Assembly (NCBI GenBank): GCA_038078715.1
Contig: JBBTSU010000005.1
Location: 3,048 to 67,047 of the forward strand
Length of the DNA stretch: 64,000 bases
Direction of reading: 5' to 3'
Source: Patescibacteria group bacterium
GTDB taxonomy: Bacteria; Patescibacteriota; Minisyncoccia; Phycocordibacterales; Phycocordibacteraceae
Part shown: positions 48,465-58,817 of the stretch, in pieces
Position numbering within the stretch: the stretch's first letter is position 1
Layout of the letters: the number at the start of each line of letters is the position of its first letter
Program-made: the position numbers and the translations under genes
The notes under the pieces: model-generated
Databases searched by the model: none
What the model was told of the DNA's origin: nothing
What the model saw: only the letters and a program-made list of their open reading frames with translations

Positions 48465-49067
48465 ATGGCTGACCGCGTAGAAGAACTCGCCCGACTCTTT
48501 GAACGCTTCCCTGGCATTGGTCCTCGCCAGGCAAAGCGCTTTGTGTACCACCTTCTCACCATTCCTCAAGGAGATCGTGCAAAGCTCGGAAACACCATTA
48601 CCGAACTTGCGACTGATGTGAAGCAGTGTGTGGACTGTATGCGCTTCGCAAACGGTGGGGGTCCGAAGTGTTCATACTGCGCAGACACGTCTCGTGATGA
48701 TTCCCTTCTTCTTGTGCTTGAGAAAGATCAGGATCTTGCCGCGATGGAGCGTGCCAGCACCTACAGAGGTCGTTACTTCGTGCTTGGTGGCGTGCTTACC
48801 CTTTCTGGTAAGGGAGTGATTCGTGAAAAAGAGCTCGTGCGTAGCGTAGAGGCACGAGTGAAAAACGGACTTAAAGAAGTCGTGCTCGCACTCTCTGCAA
48901 CGTCTGAAGGAGAGAATACGACAGACCGTGTACGTGAATTGCTCCGTCCCTTCCGTGATCAGGTGAAGATCACTGCACTTGGTCGCGGCCTTGCCACCGG
49001 CTCTGAACTTGAATACGCCGATAAAGAAACACTGAAAGGAGCGCTTCAAAATAGAAGAGAGGCTTAG
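48465..49067 (+). CDS. recR: Recombination mediator RecR
   Basis: PGIGPRQA, CxxC..CxxC, Toprim EGENT, ELEYAD. Confidence 0.95.
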   Translation: MADRVEELARLFERFPGIGPRQAKRFVYHLLTIPQGDRAKLGNTITELATDVKQCVDCMRFANGGGPKCSYCADTSRDDSLLLVLEKDQDLAAMERASTYRGRYFVLGGVLTLSGKGVIREKELVRSVEARVKNGLKEVVLALSATSEGENTTDRVRELLRPFRDQVKITALGRGLATGSELEYADKETLKGALQNRREA

Positions 49068-49849
49068 ACTTTTGTTTTGGGTCGTCCCTGTCTAATCCCT
49101 ACCGCTTCTTTCGCTCGCTTCGTGAGAAGTCTGAGGGTAAATTTTTCTATAGTGTCCGCCTCCATTGGCGTGCCTAACATGGAATATGCCTGTGCAGCGA
49201 GTTCTTCTCCTGAGGCGTGTAACTTGTACTTCATATACAAGAGACGTACTGCAACCTTGACGTGCGTGAGTGGAATGTTTCCTTTTAACTTCCCGGCGGA
49301 AGGAAGCTGACGTCCACTCCCTTGCAACCCCTGATCAACCGTATGAAAGATAAGATGCCGTGGAAGATGAAACACATCGTCTTCCAGAACTTTGAGTTCT
49401 TCTTCTATTCCTGATTCTTCCGGTGCCATGATTGCATGCCAACGACGATACAAACGTGCAGATTCCGAAATCTCTCCTGCGTACTCCGTCATCCATTTTG
49501 ATACCTGAACCTTTACGGTGGTTGCCTTTACGGCACTACCTACCCCTCGCATCTTACGTGTCGCACTAAGCACTTCCGCAATTTCCTCCATAGAGCGTCC
49601 ATCTACATACATCACGGCAAGTCGGAGTCGGTCTTCAAGAGGCCAGCAATTCTTCCCTGCAGCCTCAGTATGATTTCTACATGCATCCGTCAGTAACTCA
49701 CCAAAGGTGAGTCCCCGTGTCGCAATTAAAGCTGCAAGACTTTCCTCTTTTGCTTCAGCAATCTGTGCAAGAGGAATCTGTCCTACTGGGTGTTCAGGAA
49801 GAAGCATCTCCCCAACTCTCCTGAGTGGTGTGTGTGGACCTTCAGACAT
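49064..49849 (-). CDS. Hypothetical protein with sigma70 region-4-like HTH segments
   Basis: MYVDGRSMEEIAEVL..TTVKVQVSK, a second weak HTH, C-terminal GRPK. Start MSEGP lies 6 nt after TATACT. Confidence 0.6.
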   Translation of the reverse strand: MSEGPHTPLRRVGEMLLPEHPVGQIPLAQIAEAKEESLAALIATRGLTFGELLTDACRNHTEAAGKNCWPLEDRLRLAVMYVDGRSMEEIAEVLSATRKMRGVGSAVKATTVKVQVSKWMTEYAGEISESARLYRRWHAIMAPEESGIEEELKVLEDDVFHLPRHLIFHTVDQGLQGSGRQLPSAGKLKGNIPLTHVKVAVRLLYMKYKLHASGEELAAQAYSMLGTPMEADTIEKFTLRLLTKRAKEAVGIRQGRPKTKV

Positions 49850-49865
49850 AGAAACAGTATATAAG

Positions 49866-49891
49866 AAAAACTCCCGCATGAAGCGGGAGTT
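49866..49891 (-). terminator. Intrinsic terminator after rplU
   Basis: Minus strand AACTCCCGC-ttcat-GCGGGAGTTTTT. Confidence 0.85.
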
Positions 49892-49898
49892 CTAAGGG

Positions 49899-50231
49899 TT
49901 AGGAGACTGAATCTACCTTTACCTTGATAAACGGCTGGCGGTGGCCACGACGTTTCAAGTAACGGCTCTTTGCCTTGTACTTCACCACATCAATCTTCTT
50001 TGCGCGGCCGACTACCTGTACGGTTGCCTTTACTGAAGCTCCCTTTACAGAAGGAGTACCAAGCGTGACATCAGAACCGTTGTCGGTCATAAGCACCTCA
50101 TCAAAGGTCACTACATCACCTTTCTTAAGTTCTTTGGTGTTGATGCCACGACCAAGCTTCTCAATCGTGATGACTGAGCCCTTGGAGACAACAAACTGCT
50201 TACCTCCAGTCTTTACTACTGCGATATCCAT
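49899..50231 (-). CDS. rplU: 50S ribosomal protein L21
   Basis: AVVKTGGKQF..GTP..GHRQP. Confidence 0.96.
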   Translation of the reverse strand: MDIAVVKTGGKQFVVSKGSVITIEKLGRGINTKELKKGDVVTFDEVLMTDNGSDVTLGTPSVKGASVKATVQVVGRAKKIDVVKYKAKSRYLKRRGHRQPFIKVKVDSVS

Positions 50232-50325
50232 AATCCGGCTACTCTACCCGAAAAGCGTATATATGTAAATACAGGCTCCGAGGTCGCTAAAGACTCATGA
50301 ACCCACATATATGGGTATTGTCAAA

Positions 50326-51375
50326 CTACGTATCCTCTCCCATCTGTGGCTTGTCAAGAAGTGCGGTTTCAATTCCCACCTTCTCTCCTGAAATGCGGTA
50401 TACATCCTTATCAATCTTCCCGAGCTCTTTGTATGAGGCGTTGTAGTGCGAGACGGCGGTACCAAGGGCATTGCCAAGCTTCTGATAGTACCCACCCCAG
50501 CTATCAATGTGCTTGGTGAGTTCCGACACACGCTTCTGGATCTCTTCTGCACGCTTCTCAATCTTGAGTGCATTCAGTCCCACCAACACCGTCTGGAGAT
50601 ACGCGAGGAATGAAGTCGGGGAGACGATGATGACTTTGTTTTTTGCTGCGGCGCGCTGAAGCAAGTTCTCATCCTCTGCGGCTCCGACCTGATTTGTAAG
50701 CAGATCGTAGTAGATGCCTTCTGAAGGAATGAACATGAATGCAAAATCCATGGTTCCCTCTTCAGGACGAATGTACTTAGACGTCTCCTGAATACGGAGC
50801 TTGAGGTCATTCACGAACGCTTTCTCTAATGCAGCGCGCTCAGAGGGTTCACAATTAATGAGACGATTGTAGTTTTCAAGAGAGAACTTGGAGTCCACCG
50901 GAACCACCTTGCCGTTCACAAACACCACGGCGTCCACGATTTCGCCATTCGCAAACGGATACTGGATCTGATAGCCATCCGGCGGAAGCACATTTTTTAG
51001 TGTGGTCTCTAGATAGTATTCGCCAAGCACACCACGCTGCTTTGGGTTCTTAAGCACATCCTGCAGCGACTTAAGCTGCTCGGTGAAGCCCTGAGTCTGG
51101 CGGCCAATCTCTTTGACCGAGGTAATCTCTTCCGTGATCTCTTTAATGAGGCGAGAGGATTCTCCAAGCTGGGCACGCACGGTCTCATTCATCTGCTTAG
51201 ACGATTCACTCACCCGCGCATCAAGGGTCTGGCGAAGTTCCTGAAGCTGCTGCTGGAGGAGCATGAACCCGCCCTGGTCTGCCTCAGGCGCTTTCTTGTT
51301 TCTAAGAAGGAAATACAGTGCCCCCTGCGCGACAAGTACAACAAGGACGATAATACCGATAGTAAGGAAATCCAT
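50326..51375 (-). CDS. rmuC: DNA recombination protein RmuC
   Basis: N-terminal TM, NPKQRGVLGE, VDSKF, DFAFMFIPSEG, SPTS. Confidence 0.93.
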   Translation of the reverse strand: MDFLTIGIIVLVVLVAQGALYFLLRNKKAPEADQGGFMLLQQQLQELRQTLDARVSESSKQMNETVRAQLGESSRLIKEITEEITSVKEIGRQTQGFTEQLKSLQDVLKNPKQRGVLGEYYLETTLKNVLPPDGYQIQYPFANGEIVDAVVFVNGKVVPVDSKFSLENYNRLINCEPSERAALEKAFVNDLKLRIQETSKYIRPEEGTMDFAFMFIPSEGIYYDLLTNQVGAAEDENLLQRAAAKNKVIIVSPTSFLAYLQTVLVGLNALKIEKRAEEIQKRVSELTKHIDSWGGYYQKLGNALGTAVSHYNASYKELGKIDKDVYRISGEKVGIETALLDKPQMGEDT

Positions 51376-51437
51376 TCCCCCAATTATACCCGTGTATAAC
51401 AAGAATTGCCCACCTTCCCAGTGCTATGATTTTCGTA

Positions 51438-52178
51438 ATGGCTGACACACAGTACCTTGTTACTCCTTCTCCGCTCGTTCTCGATAACGCCGAGCGTAAA
51501 TACGTCCTTACCGTCCACGATCTTCCGCTGGACGAGCGTCCTCGTGAGCGCTTGATTGCCGAAGGACCTGCATCCCTGTCTACCACCGAACTTATGGCCG
51601 TCCTTCTTAACGTTGGGACCACCAAAGAAGACGTGCTGGGAATGGCTCGACGCATTATGCAGGACTATGGCGAGCGTGGCGTCATGAGCCAGACCAGTGC
51701 TGAGCGTCTGTCTAAAGATCTTGATATCCCTCTTGGTAAAGCCTCACAGATTGTGGCAGCGGGAGAGCTTGGACGCCGCTTCTTTGAGCGTAATGGAAGT
51801 GGCGCACCTACCATTCGCACCGCACGTGAAGTGTATGAGCATGTCGCCGATATGCGTTCCCTCTCAAAAGAACACCTTCGCGGACTTTATTTGAATGCAC
51901 ACTACAAAGTGATTCATGACGAAGTGATTTCTATCGGTACCGTAGATGCAAACATTGTGCACCCGCGCGAAGTGTTCCGCCCCGCGCTTGAGTACTCCGC
52001 TGCTGCCGTCATTCTCGTGCACAATCACCCTTCAGGTGTGACTGATCCTTCTTCAGCAGATCTTCAGGTCACTGAGCAGCTGGTCGCCGCTGGCAACCAA
52101 CTTGGTATTCCACTTGTAGACCACGTCATTGTGACGAAAGAAGGCTTTGCGAGCGTGCCTATTCGCTATCAAGTATGA
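51438..52178 (+). CDS. radC: RadC/JAB family protein
   Basis: ERPRERL, VHPREVF, HNHPSG..PS.AD, DHVI. Confidence 0.95.
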   Translation: MADTQYLVTPSPLVLDNAERKYVLTVHDLPLDERPRERLIAEGPASLSTTELMAVLLNVGTTKEDVLGMARRIMQDYGERGVMSQTSAERLSKDLDIPLGKASQIVAAGELGRRFFERNGSGAPTIRTAREVYEHVADMRSLSKEHLRGLYLNAHYKVIHDEVISIGTVDANIVHPREVFRPALEYSAAAVILVHNHPSGVTDPSSADLQVTEQLVAAGNQLGIPLVDHVIVTKEGFASVPIRYQV

Positions 52179-52438
52179 ACGAACGTGTGTACGTCCTCTC
52201 TCCTCTTTTCTATACCTTCCGCGACGCGGCAGACGACCACCGTATTGAGCGTCTTGAGTTCCATGTAAAAAGCGGAGACTACTTCCCCATGCTCGCGACT
52301 ATCCTTGGCTTTGTAGAAGAAACCATAGCGCAGTGTGGTAAATCAGAGCTCGCAGAACGTCAGTACACCCTTCTTAAGGATGTGAAGAAAGATCTCACGC
52401 ACTTGCACCAGAAGTACGAAATTAAGAAGAAGGACTAA
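52175..52438 (+). CDS. Hypothetical protein, 87 aa
   Basis: ATGA overlap with radC. Confidence 0.7.
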   Translation: MNERVYVLSPLFYTFRDAADDHRIERLEFHVKSGDYFPMLATILGFVEETIAQCGKSELAERQYTLLKDVKKDLTHLHQKYEIKKKD

Positions 52439-55119
52439 GCTACAACCAATCCCCGGCGGTGCATCTCCTCTTCCTCAGGGCGGATAAAGAAGAGCCATTT
52501 CGCAAGCTCTATCGTAAGCATGTTCACAATACCGAAGCCTAGAAGAATGGCGATATAGAGCGGAGATGGAGGGACCGTGTGGACGAGAGTCTGGATCGCA
52601 GGAACGTAGAGTGCGACAAGAAGCATGGCCGCACTTGCAAGAAGCGCTACCACCAAGAACTTGTTTGAAAGAAGCGATAGACGCCAGATTGGCGTACCAA
52701 AACTCTTGATAGAGAAGGCAATGAAGATGGTGTTGATGGACACCCCAATGAACATCATGGTCTGGATCTCAATCAATGGGAATCGCATTGAATAGAGGGC
52801 GAGGTAGATAAGAATAAGCGCACCGGCGGTGACCGCACCCACAAGCGAAATAAGCTTCAGGAGCTTAGACGAAAGCACCTGCGCCACATCTGGGTCCGTT
52901 GGCTTACGCTTCATGGCAGACGGATAGAGTGGCTCAAAAGCAAACGCAAAGTTCATGAGCCCACCCTCAATAAGATTCGCCCAGAGAATCTGGGTAGGAA
53001 GAATTGGAAGTGGGAGGCCGAAGATAAGGGTGAAGGCAATCAAAATCACTTCACTGAAGTTCGTCGCAAGCATGTACGCAAAAATCTTCTTGAAGTTATC
53101 GCGAAGACGGCGTCCCTCCCGAATGGCGGCGGTAATCACGCCAAACCCGTTATCAAGAAGCACAAGATCAGATGCCTCCTTGGCAACATCGGTACCAGAC
53201 CCCACCGCAACACCAATAGAGGCTGCAGAGAGAGCGGGTGCGTCATTCACCCCGTCTCCGGTCATAGCGACGACTTCCCCACTACCGACAAGCACATTCG
53301 CCATACGAAGCTTCTGCGCTGGTGCCACACGGGCAAAGACATGGTTCTGACGAAGCACCTTCAATAGTTCTTCGTCAGACAATGCTTCAATTTCTGCTCC
53401 CGTGTACGCACGATCATTGGGTCCTGCGATTCCTACCTCCTTCGCAATCGCAAGCGCAGTTTCTGGATTATCTCCAGTAAGCATGAGCACGCGTGCCCCA
53501 GCAGCGTGCATATCACGCACGGCGTCATACACTTCGGGGCGAATACCGTCGGAGAACACGAGGAGACCGACGAGAGATCCCTTATCAAGCATTCCTTCTA
53601 TGTTCTCGGTTGGGAACTGCTCACTACTACTCTTCACCCGCATCACGGCGACGACACGCTTTCCATCGCGTGCGGCCTCATGAAGCGCAAGTGCAAACCG
53701 GCTTGCAATCTCATCGACCATCTTATGATCAGTACCCTTCCCATCCCGCACAAACTTCACCTGTGAAAGGAAGAACTCCGGTGCGCCAGAGAAGTACGCG
53801 ACTGATTCTCCGTACTCGCGCACCAACATACCACCGAAACGACGTGCAGAATCAAAGTGTAGTTCATCAGTGCGTGGGCAATTCCCACGAAGCTCAGGCC
53901 CGGCAATACCGATCTTGAGACCCTCAAGAATCACTGCCTGCTCAATCGGACGACCATGCGCCACCAATCGCTCTTCTCCTTCTTTTGCATCGGTACGTTC
54001 CTCTACATACGCATCTGATGCAAGCACTGCTGCGGAGAGAAGTGCGCGCGCCTCCTCATGCGTATTCTCGGTGATCATTCCTGAATACGTCACGAAGGAA
54101 TGAATATTCATCTGCCCCAAGGTGAGTGTGCCCGTCTTGTCCGTAAGAATGATGCTTGTCGTACCGAGTGTTTCTGCGGCAAGAAGATTGCGCACCAATC
54201 CTCCTGACTTGAGGATGCGCTCCATACCAAGTGCGAGCACCACCGTCACCGCTGCAGGAAGACCCTCAGGAATACTGGCAACCGCAAGCGCAATGGCGGT
54301 GAGGAGTGTTTCATCAAACGGAATGCCACGCAGAAGACCAAGAATAATAATGAGCACCATAATCACTCCCACAATCATCACGATGAAGCGTGCGATCTGT
54401 CGGATATCACGCATCAGAGGTGTCACTACTGCCTGTGTATTTCCAAGCTCTTTGGCAATCGCGCCAAACTCAGTGTCTGCGCCAGTCGCAACTACAACGC
54501 CTTGCCCTGCACCAGAGACCACAAGCGTACTTGAATACACCATGCCCGTGCGATCCACGAGCGGCACCTCTACAGGATGTGCTTCAGTGTTCTTCTCAAT
54601 CGGAAGCCATTCTCCAGAAAGTGCAGATTCGTTCACCGTGAGCGCATGTGCTTCTACAAGACGAATATCGGCAGGAACGGCAGTGCCGGCGATAAGCGCG
54701 ACCAAGTCTCCTACTACCAATTCTTCTGCAGAGATTTTGGCTGGCTCTCCACCACGAATCACCACCGCTTGTTTGGCTTCACTCTTCTTGAGTGCTTCAA
54801 AGGCACGTCCTGCCCGGCCTTCCTGAATCAGACCTATGACGACGTTTACCAAGAGCGCAACCGTAATCACAATGGCGTCAGTGAAATGAGAGAGGAACAG
54901 TGTCGCAGCTGCTGCAATCAAGAGCACCACCGCAATAGGACTCGCAAACTGTCGGAGAACACGAGAGAAGAGAGACTCTCGCTTTACCCTCGGGAGACGG
55001 TTCAGACCACTGACAAGACGAAGAGCGGCCTCCTCCTTTGTGAGACCTTTCTCCGAATCGGTAGAAAGAGAGCGGACGACCTCGTCCGCAATAAGCGAAT
55101 GCCACACCTGTTGTTGCAT
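52435..55119 (-). CDS. Cation-transporting P-type ATPase (type II, Ca2+-like)
   Basis: IPEGLP, DKTGTLT, TGDN, GDGVNDAPAL. Confidence 0.95.
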   Translation of the reverse strand: MQQQVWHSLIADEVVRSLSTDSEKGLTKEEAALRLVSGLNRLPRVKRESLFSRVLRQFASPIAVVLLIAAAATLFLSHFTDAIVITVALLVNVVIGLIQEGRAGRAFEALKKSEAKQAVVIRGGEPAKISAEELVVGDLVALIAGTAVPADIRLVEAHALTVNESALSGEWLPIEKNTEAHPVEVPLVDRTGMVYSSTLVVSGAGQGVVVATGADTEFGAIAKELGNTQAVVTPLMRDIRQIARFIVMIVGVIMVLIIILGLLRGIPFDETLLTAIALAVASIPEGLPAAVTVVLALGMERILKSGGLVRNLLAAETLGTTSIILTDKTGTLTLGQMNIHSFVTYSGMITENTHEEARALLSAAVLASDAYVEERTDAKEGEERLVAHGRPIEQAVILEGLKIGIAGPELRGNCPRTDELHFDSARRFGGMLVREYGESVAYFSGAPEFFLSQVKFVRDGKGTDHKMVDEIASRFALALHEAARDGKRVVAVMRVKSSSEQFPTENIEGMLDKGSLVGLLVFSDGIRPEVYDAVRDMHAAGARVLMLTGDNPETALAIAKEVGIAGPNDRAYTGAEIEALSDEELLKVLRQNHVFARVAPAQKLRMANVLVGSGEVVAMTGDGVNDAPALSAASIGVAVGSGTDVAKEASDLVLLDNGFGVITAAIREGRRLRDNFKKIFAYMLATNFSEVILIAFTLIFGLPLPILPTQILWANLIEGGLMNFAFAFEPLYPSAMKRKPTDPDVAQVLSSKLLKLISLVGAVTAGALILIYLALYSMRFPLIEIQTMMFIGVSINTIFIAFSIKSFGTPIWRLSLLSNKFLVVALLASAAMLLVALYVPAIQTLVHTVPPSPLYIAILLGFGIVNMLTIELAKWLFFIRPEEEEMHRRGLVVA

Positions 55120-55144
55120 TCCCTCTATGGTACCCTATCCAAAT

Positions 55145-55597
55145 ATGACTATCCACGAATCCATCAAGGCAGGTATCCCGAACGCTATGCGCGCAAAAGA
55201 CGAAGTACGTCTCCGTACCATCCGTTCTTTGGTGACCGCAATGACTAATGAGGTCGTTGCCAAGAAGCGTAAGCCTGATGAGTTCCTTACCGATGACGAA
55301 GCCATCGCCGTCCTCAAGCGTGCCGCAAACCAGCGCAAAGATTCTATAGAGCAGTTTGAGAAGGCAGGACGCAATGAACTTGCAGAGCCTGAGAAAGCAG
55401 AGCTTCTCATCATTTCTGAACTCCTCCCTGCACAGATGTCTCGTGAAGAGATTGAAGTAGTCGCAAAAGCTAAGATTGCAGAGATGGGAGCTGACAAATC
55501 AAAAGCAGGAATGGTTACCGGTGCCGTCATGAAGGATCTCAAGGGTAAGGCAGACGGCGGTGACGTGAAGTCAGTCGTCGACGCTCTTCTCGGGTAA
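55145..55597 (+). CDS. GatB/YqeY domain protein
   Basis: AMRAKD..QRKDSIEQF..GR.ELA..E..LPAQMS..KGKADG. Confidence 0.92.
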   Translation: MTIHESIKAGIPNAMRAKDEVRLRTIRSLVTAMTNEVVAKKRKPDEFLTDDEAIAVLKRAANQRKDSIEQFEKAGRNELAEPEKAELLIISELLPAQMSREEIEVVAKAKIAEMGADKSKAGMVTGAVMKDLKGKADGGDVKSVVDALLG

Positions 55598-55610
55598 CAT
55601 CTCCACCTCT

Positions 55611-56495
55611 ATGGACGACACCACACCCGAGAACATCGGAGAGTCTCTCTGGCGCATACAGAGTAAAGCGCCCGGTTCTTCAGTGTGCATTATAGGCGGG
55701 ATGCATGGAAATGAAACTGCGGGTATAGAAGTGGTGCGAATGCTTCTCAATGAATTTGAGGACGGGCGTCGCCTTGCGTCAGGTACTCTTACCCTTGCGC
55801 TCGGTAACACGCGCGCGATTGAAATAAATGAACGATGGATAGATGGAAAAGATCTCAATCGCCAGTTTAGTGACGCACATCTTATAGATCGTATTGATCA
55901 ATCTTGGGAAGAAGAACGTGCGGTTGTCCTCGCTGCTCTTATGCGCGAGGCAGACACCACTCTTGATATCCACTCGACAAACAAACCCTCCTCCCCTTTT
56001 ATTTGTTCCCGAGTGGATGAGAAACATGCCCGTGTCTACCAATGGTTCCCTATTATGCACGTTATTGAAGACCCGACATACGTGTTTGGTGACGGACCGG
56101 TAACCACTGATGAATATGCAGACCGTGTAGGAAAGATGGGTATGTGTATAGAATCAGGATGGATTGCGGATGAAGGACGCGTAATAGAAACAAAAAATAG
56201 CATAGAAGCAGTTCTTTCTGATCTCGGACTCTCTGATCGTCCGACGCCCCCTGAGCCCGTGCACGTCATTAACACCTATCGGTTCTACACAACCATAAAG
56301 CTAGACGAGCGTGGCTTTCGCTTCTCCGAAGGTAAGGGCGTATCTTCTTTTGAACCACTGAAAGCGGGAGAGATTCTTGGGTACCACGGTGATGAGCCGG
56401 TGAGACTTGATTGTGATGCGTTTGTTATCTTTCCCAAACTTAAGGAACACTGGCAGCTCGGGTGGCCAATTTGTTATATCGCTATCCCGATATAA
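55611..56495 (+). CDS. Succinylglutamate desuccinylase/aspartoacylase family Zn hydrolase
   Basis: GGMHGNE, DLNRQF, LDIHS, IESG. Confidence 0.88.
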   Translation: MDDTTPENIGESLWRIQSKAPGSSVCIIGGMHGNETAGIEVVRMLLNEFEDGRRLASGTLTLALGNTRAIEINERWIDGKDLNRQFSDAHLIDRIDQSWEEERAVVLAALMREADTTLDIHSTNKPSSPFICSRVDEKHARVYQWFPIMHVIEDPTYVFGDGPVTTDEYADRVGKMGMCIESGWIADEGRVIETKNSIEAVLSDLGLSDRPTPPEPVHVINTYRFYTTIKLDERGFRFSEGKGVSSFEPLKAGEILGYHGDEPVRLDCDAFVIFPKLKEHWQLGWPICYIAIPI

Positions 56496-57375
56496 TCCGC
56501 AGAAAAATCATAAGTGCCGTTACAGTAAGAATAAGAAAGATCTGCCATAACGTAAGCCGTTCTTTAAAAAGAATCCAGCCCGCAATCGCAGAAATGAGGA
56601 CGGTAGAGGTCACCAATCCTGAGGCGAGTGCGAAGGGTCCGTGATTAACGGCAAACGCGTACCCAAGCGTTCCTGAGATAGTCGTAAGTGAAATTAGCGA
56701 AATCATTCCGATTTCTTTCCATGGCAATGTGATGCGGTCAGTATACACTCCTCGGTACTTCTCAAACAGAAGGTACCCGAAGGTGAGCACCCCTATCGTT
56801 GCTTCCCAGAAATACCCAGCGACCAGTGGATTGAGCTCGCGTGAAAGCTGACTAAAGAAGTAGAAACTGAAAGCCACGCTTATGCCTGCAACTACCGACA
56901 ATGTGACCCCTCGTCCATGCTGCGCGTTATCAAGGTGTGCATGATTAGAACGAGAAGCCATAATGAATGCGCTTGCTATCAAAATCCCTCCGAGAGCCAG
57001 AAGTTGCATAGCGGAGAGGTATTCTCCAAAAAAGATCGCGCCGAGAACCACAGCAGCACTAACATAGACCGCCTGGCGAATTGCCTGCGTAATTCCCACT
57101 GGAAGATAGCGAGCTGCAGTCTGAAGGCAAAGAAATCCGAACGCACCAGTGAGCGAGGCAATAAGCAACACCGGTAGCATCCCTGTTATTGCATACACTT
57201 CTTCCCACGATGCAAAAAACAGCACTGGCAACATTGTGATTGCTAAAGAGAGGTTTCGGTAGACTGTAAAGCGAAGCGCGCCAAGGCGTCGAGAAAAGAG
57301 TACGTTTAACGGACTCTGTATACCATATGACAGAATACTGACCGCGACAAAAATGTAGAAAATCGGGTCAATCAT
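56482..57375 (-). CDS. EamA/DMT family transporter
   Basis: About 10 TM with repeated FFGE/LFKE motifs. Confidence 0.82.
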   Translation of the reverse strand: MIDPIFYIFVAVSILSYGIQSPLNVLFSRRLGALRFTVYRNLSLAITMLPVLFFASWEEVYAITGMLPVLLIASLTGAFGFLCLQTAARYLPVGITQAIRQAVYVSAAVVLGAIFFGEYLSAMQLLALGGILIASAFIMASRSNHAHLDNAQHGRGVTLSVVAGISVAFSFYFFSQLSRELNPLVAGYFWEATIGVLTFGYLLFEKYRGVYTDRITLPWKEIGMISLISLTTISGTLGYAFAVNHGPFALASGLVTSTVLISAIAGWILFKERLTLWQIFLILTVTALMIFLRIISG

Positions 57376-57411
57376 TTTAGAACTATACTAGATGTGCGCA
57401 CAATTGTTTTG

Positions 57412-57483
57412 TGACCTTACGGGGAATCGAACCCCGATTTCCAGCGTGAGAGGCTAGCGTCCTAACCGTTAGACGATAAGGCC
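57412..57483 (-). tRNA. tRNA-Glu(CTC), CCA not encoded
   Basis: Minus strand GGCCTTA..CTAGC-CTCTCAC-GCTGG..GGTTCGATTCC..TAAGGTC-A. Confidence 0.95.
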
Positions 57484-57524
57484 AGTGGGACTCAAAATAC
57501 CAAGACTCGCCCATTCGGGCAAGG

Positions 57525-58811
57525 CTACTTAATCAGAAGCCATTCTTTCTCCTGACGCACAAGCTGAGTCGTATCTTTCGGGTTCGCAAGAAGCCGTGCC
57601 ACCACCCGCTCCATACGCATAACCTGAGAACCCTTGATGAGGACGAAATCACCTTCGGTGACAAGACTGAAGAGTGCCTCTGCTGCCTCTGGAGACTTCG
57701 CATACTTATGTACCATCTCCTCCTTAAGACCAGCAGCCTGTGCCGCAGAGGCAACTGCCTGCGCACGCATACCAACAGCCACAAGCATATCCGCAGACTT
57801 CGCGACTTCCTTTCCAATCCGTTCATGCTCCTCTACTGAGTACCGCCCAAGCTCAAGCATGTCACCCAAAACTGCGATCTTTCGTCCACCTTTCATAAGC
57901 GCGAGGGCGGAGAGGCTCTCTACGACTGCAGCAGGAGATGCGTTATACGAATCATCAATAAGAGTAGAGCCATTCAGTCCCGCAAGGATGCGTGCACGAC
58001 CTGGTGGTGGCACATAGGTAGCAAGTCCTTTTAGTGCATTCTCTATAGAAATACCAAGACCCTTTGCAAGCGCGAGTGCTGCAGCAGGGGCATAAAGCTG
58101 AGGGCGCCCAAGGGCGCCTGTAACGATGAGCGGATATGATGTACCGTCGGTGACGACTGTTGCCTGCATGCCAGTGACGGTTGCCTGTGCGAGATAGGGT
58201 TTGGGGTTCGTAATCTCTACGTCTGCACCCTTGGTAAATCCAAAACTCACGACATGCACGGGAAGCTTTTCCGCCATTTGAAGTGCATGACCATCGTCTG
58301 AAGAAAGCACAAGTGGCGCATCAGTGGGAAGTGCATAGGCTGGAGCAAACTCTTCTTCGTGAACTGCACGTGGTGAGGTGTAGGCTTCCACATGCACAGG
58401 CACATTTAGAAGATGCGAGACCACAACTGCATCAGGGGTCGCAATCTTAAGGATTTTTGCGAGATCTCCTGGACGATCTGCACCCACTTCAAGCACCAGG
58501 AGCTTTGGATATGGTTGGGTAATAAAAACGAGCGCAAACGCTCGTTGTACTACTCCTATCCATGCCGTGATGCTGTTCCAAGGGTTATGTGCACCAAGGA
58601 TGGTAAATGGAACTCCAAACTCACTGTTGTAGCTCTTCTCACTTGTCCGAAGGTCATAGGTGGTGGAGAGCGCTGCGGCGACCGCATCCTTGGTGGAGGT
58701 CTTTCCGACGCTCCCCGTTACCATCACAATCATGGGCTGGTATTTGGTAATAACCGCCCGCGCAAGATGCGCAAGAATCCAAGCAGCGAAGCTTCGAAGT
58801 AGTGCTTTCAT
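57525..58811 (-). CDS. murF: UDP-MurNAc-tripeptide D-Ala-D-Ala ligase
   Basis: VTGSVGKTSTK, LEVG, IDDSYNASP, LGDMLELG, IKGS. Confidence 0.95.
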   Translation of the reverse strand: MKALLRSFAAWILAHLARAVITKYQPMIVMVTGSVGKTSTKDAVAAALSTTYDLRTSEKSYNSEFGVPFTILGAHNPWNSITAWIGVVQRAFALVFITQPYPKLLVLEVGADRPGDLAKILKIATPDAVVVSHLLNVPVHVEAYTSPRAVHEEEFAPAYALPTDAPLVLSSDDGHALQMAEKLPVHVVSFGFTKGADVEITNPKPYLAQATVTGMQATVVTDGTSYPLIVTGALGRPQLYAPAAALALAKGLGISIENALKGLATYVPPPGRARILAGLNGSTLIDDSYNASPAAVVESLSALALMKGGRKIAVLGDMLELGRYSVEEHERIGKEVAKSADMLVAVGMRAQAVASAAQAAGLKEEMVHKYAKSPEAAEALFSLVTEGDFVLIKGSQVMRMERVVARLLANPKDTTQLVRQEKEWLLIK

Positions 58812-58817
58812 ACCCCC

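Noticed and set aside
51438-52178. radC as a marker of a mobile element
   Set aside because: It is the full-length chromosomal type with the N-terminal ERPRERL region, and no mobility genes are nearby.
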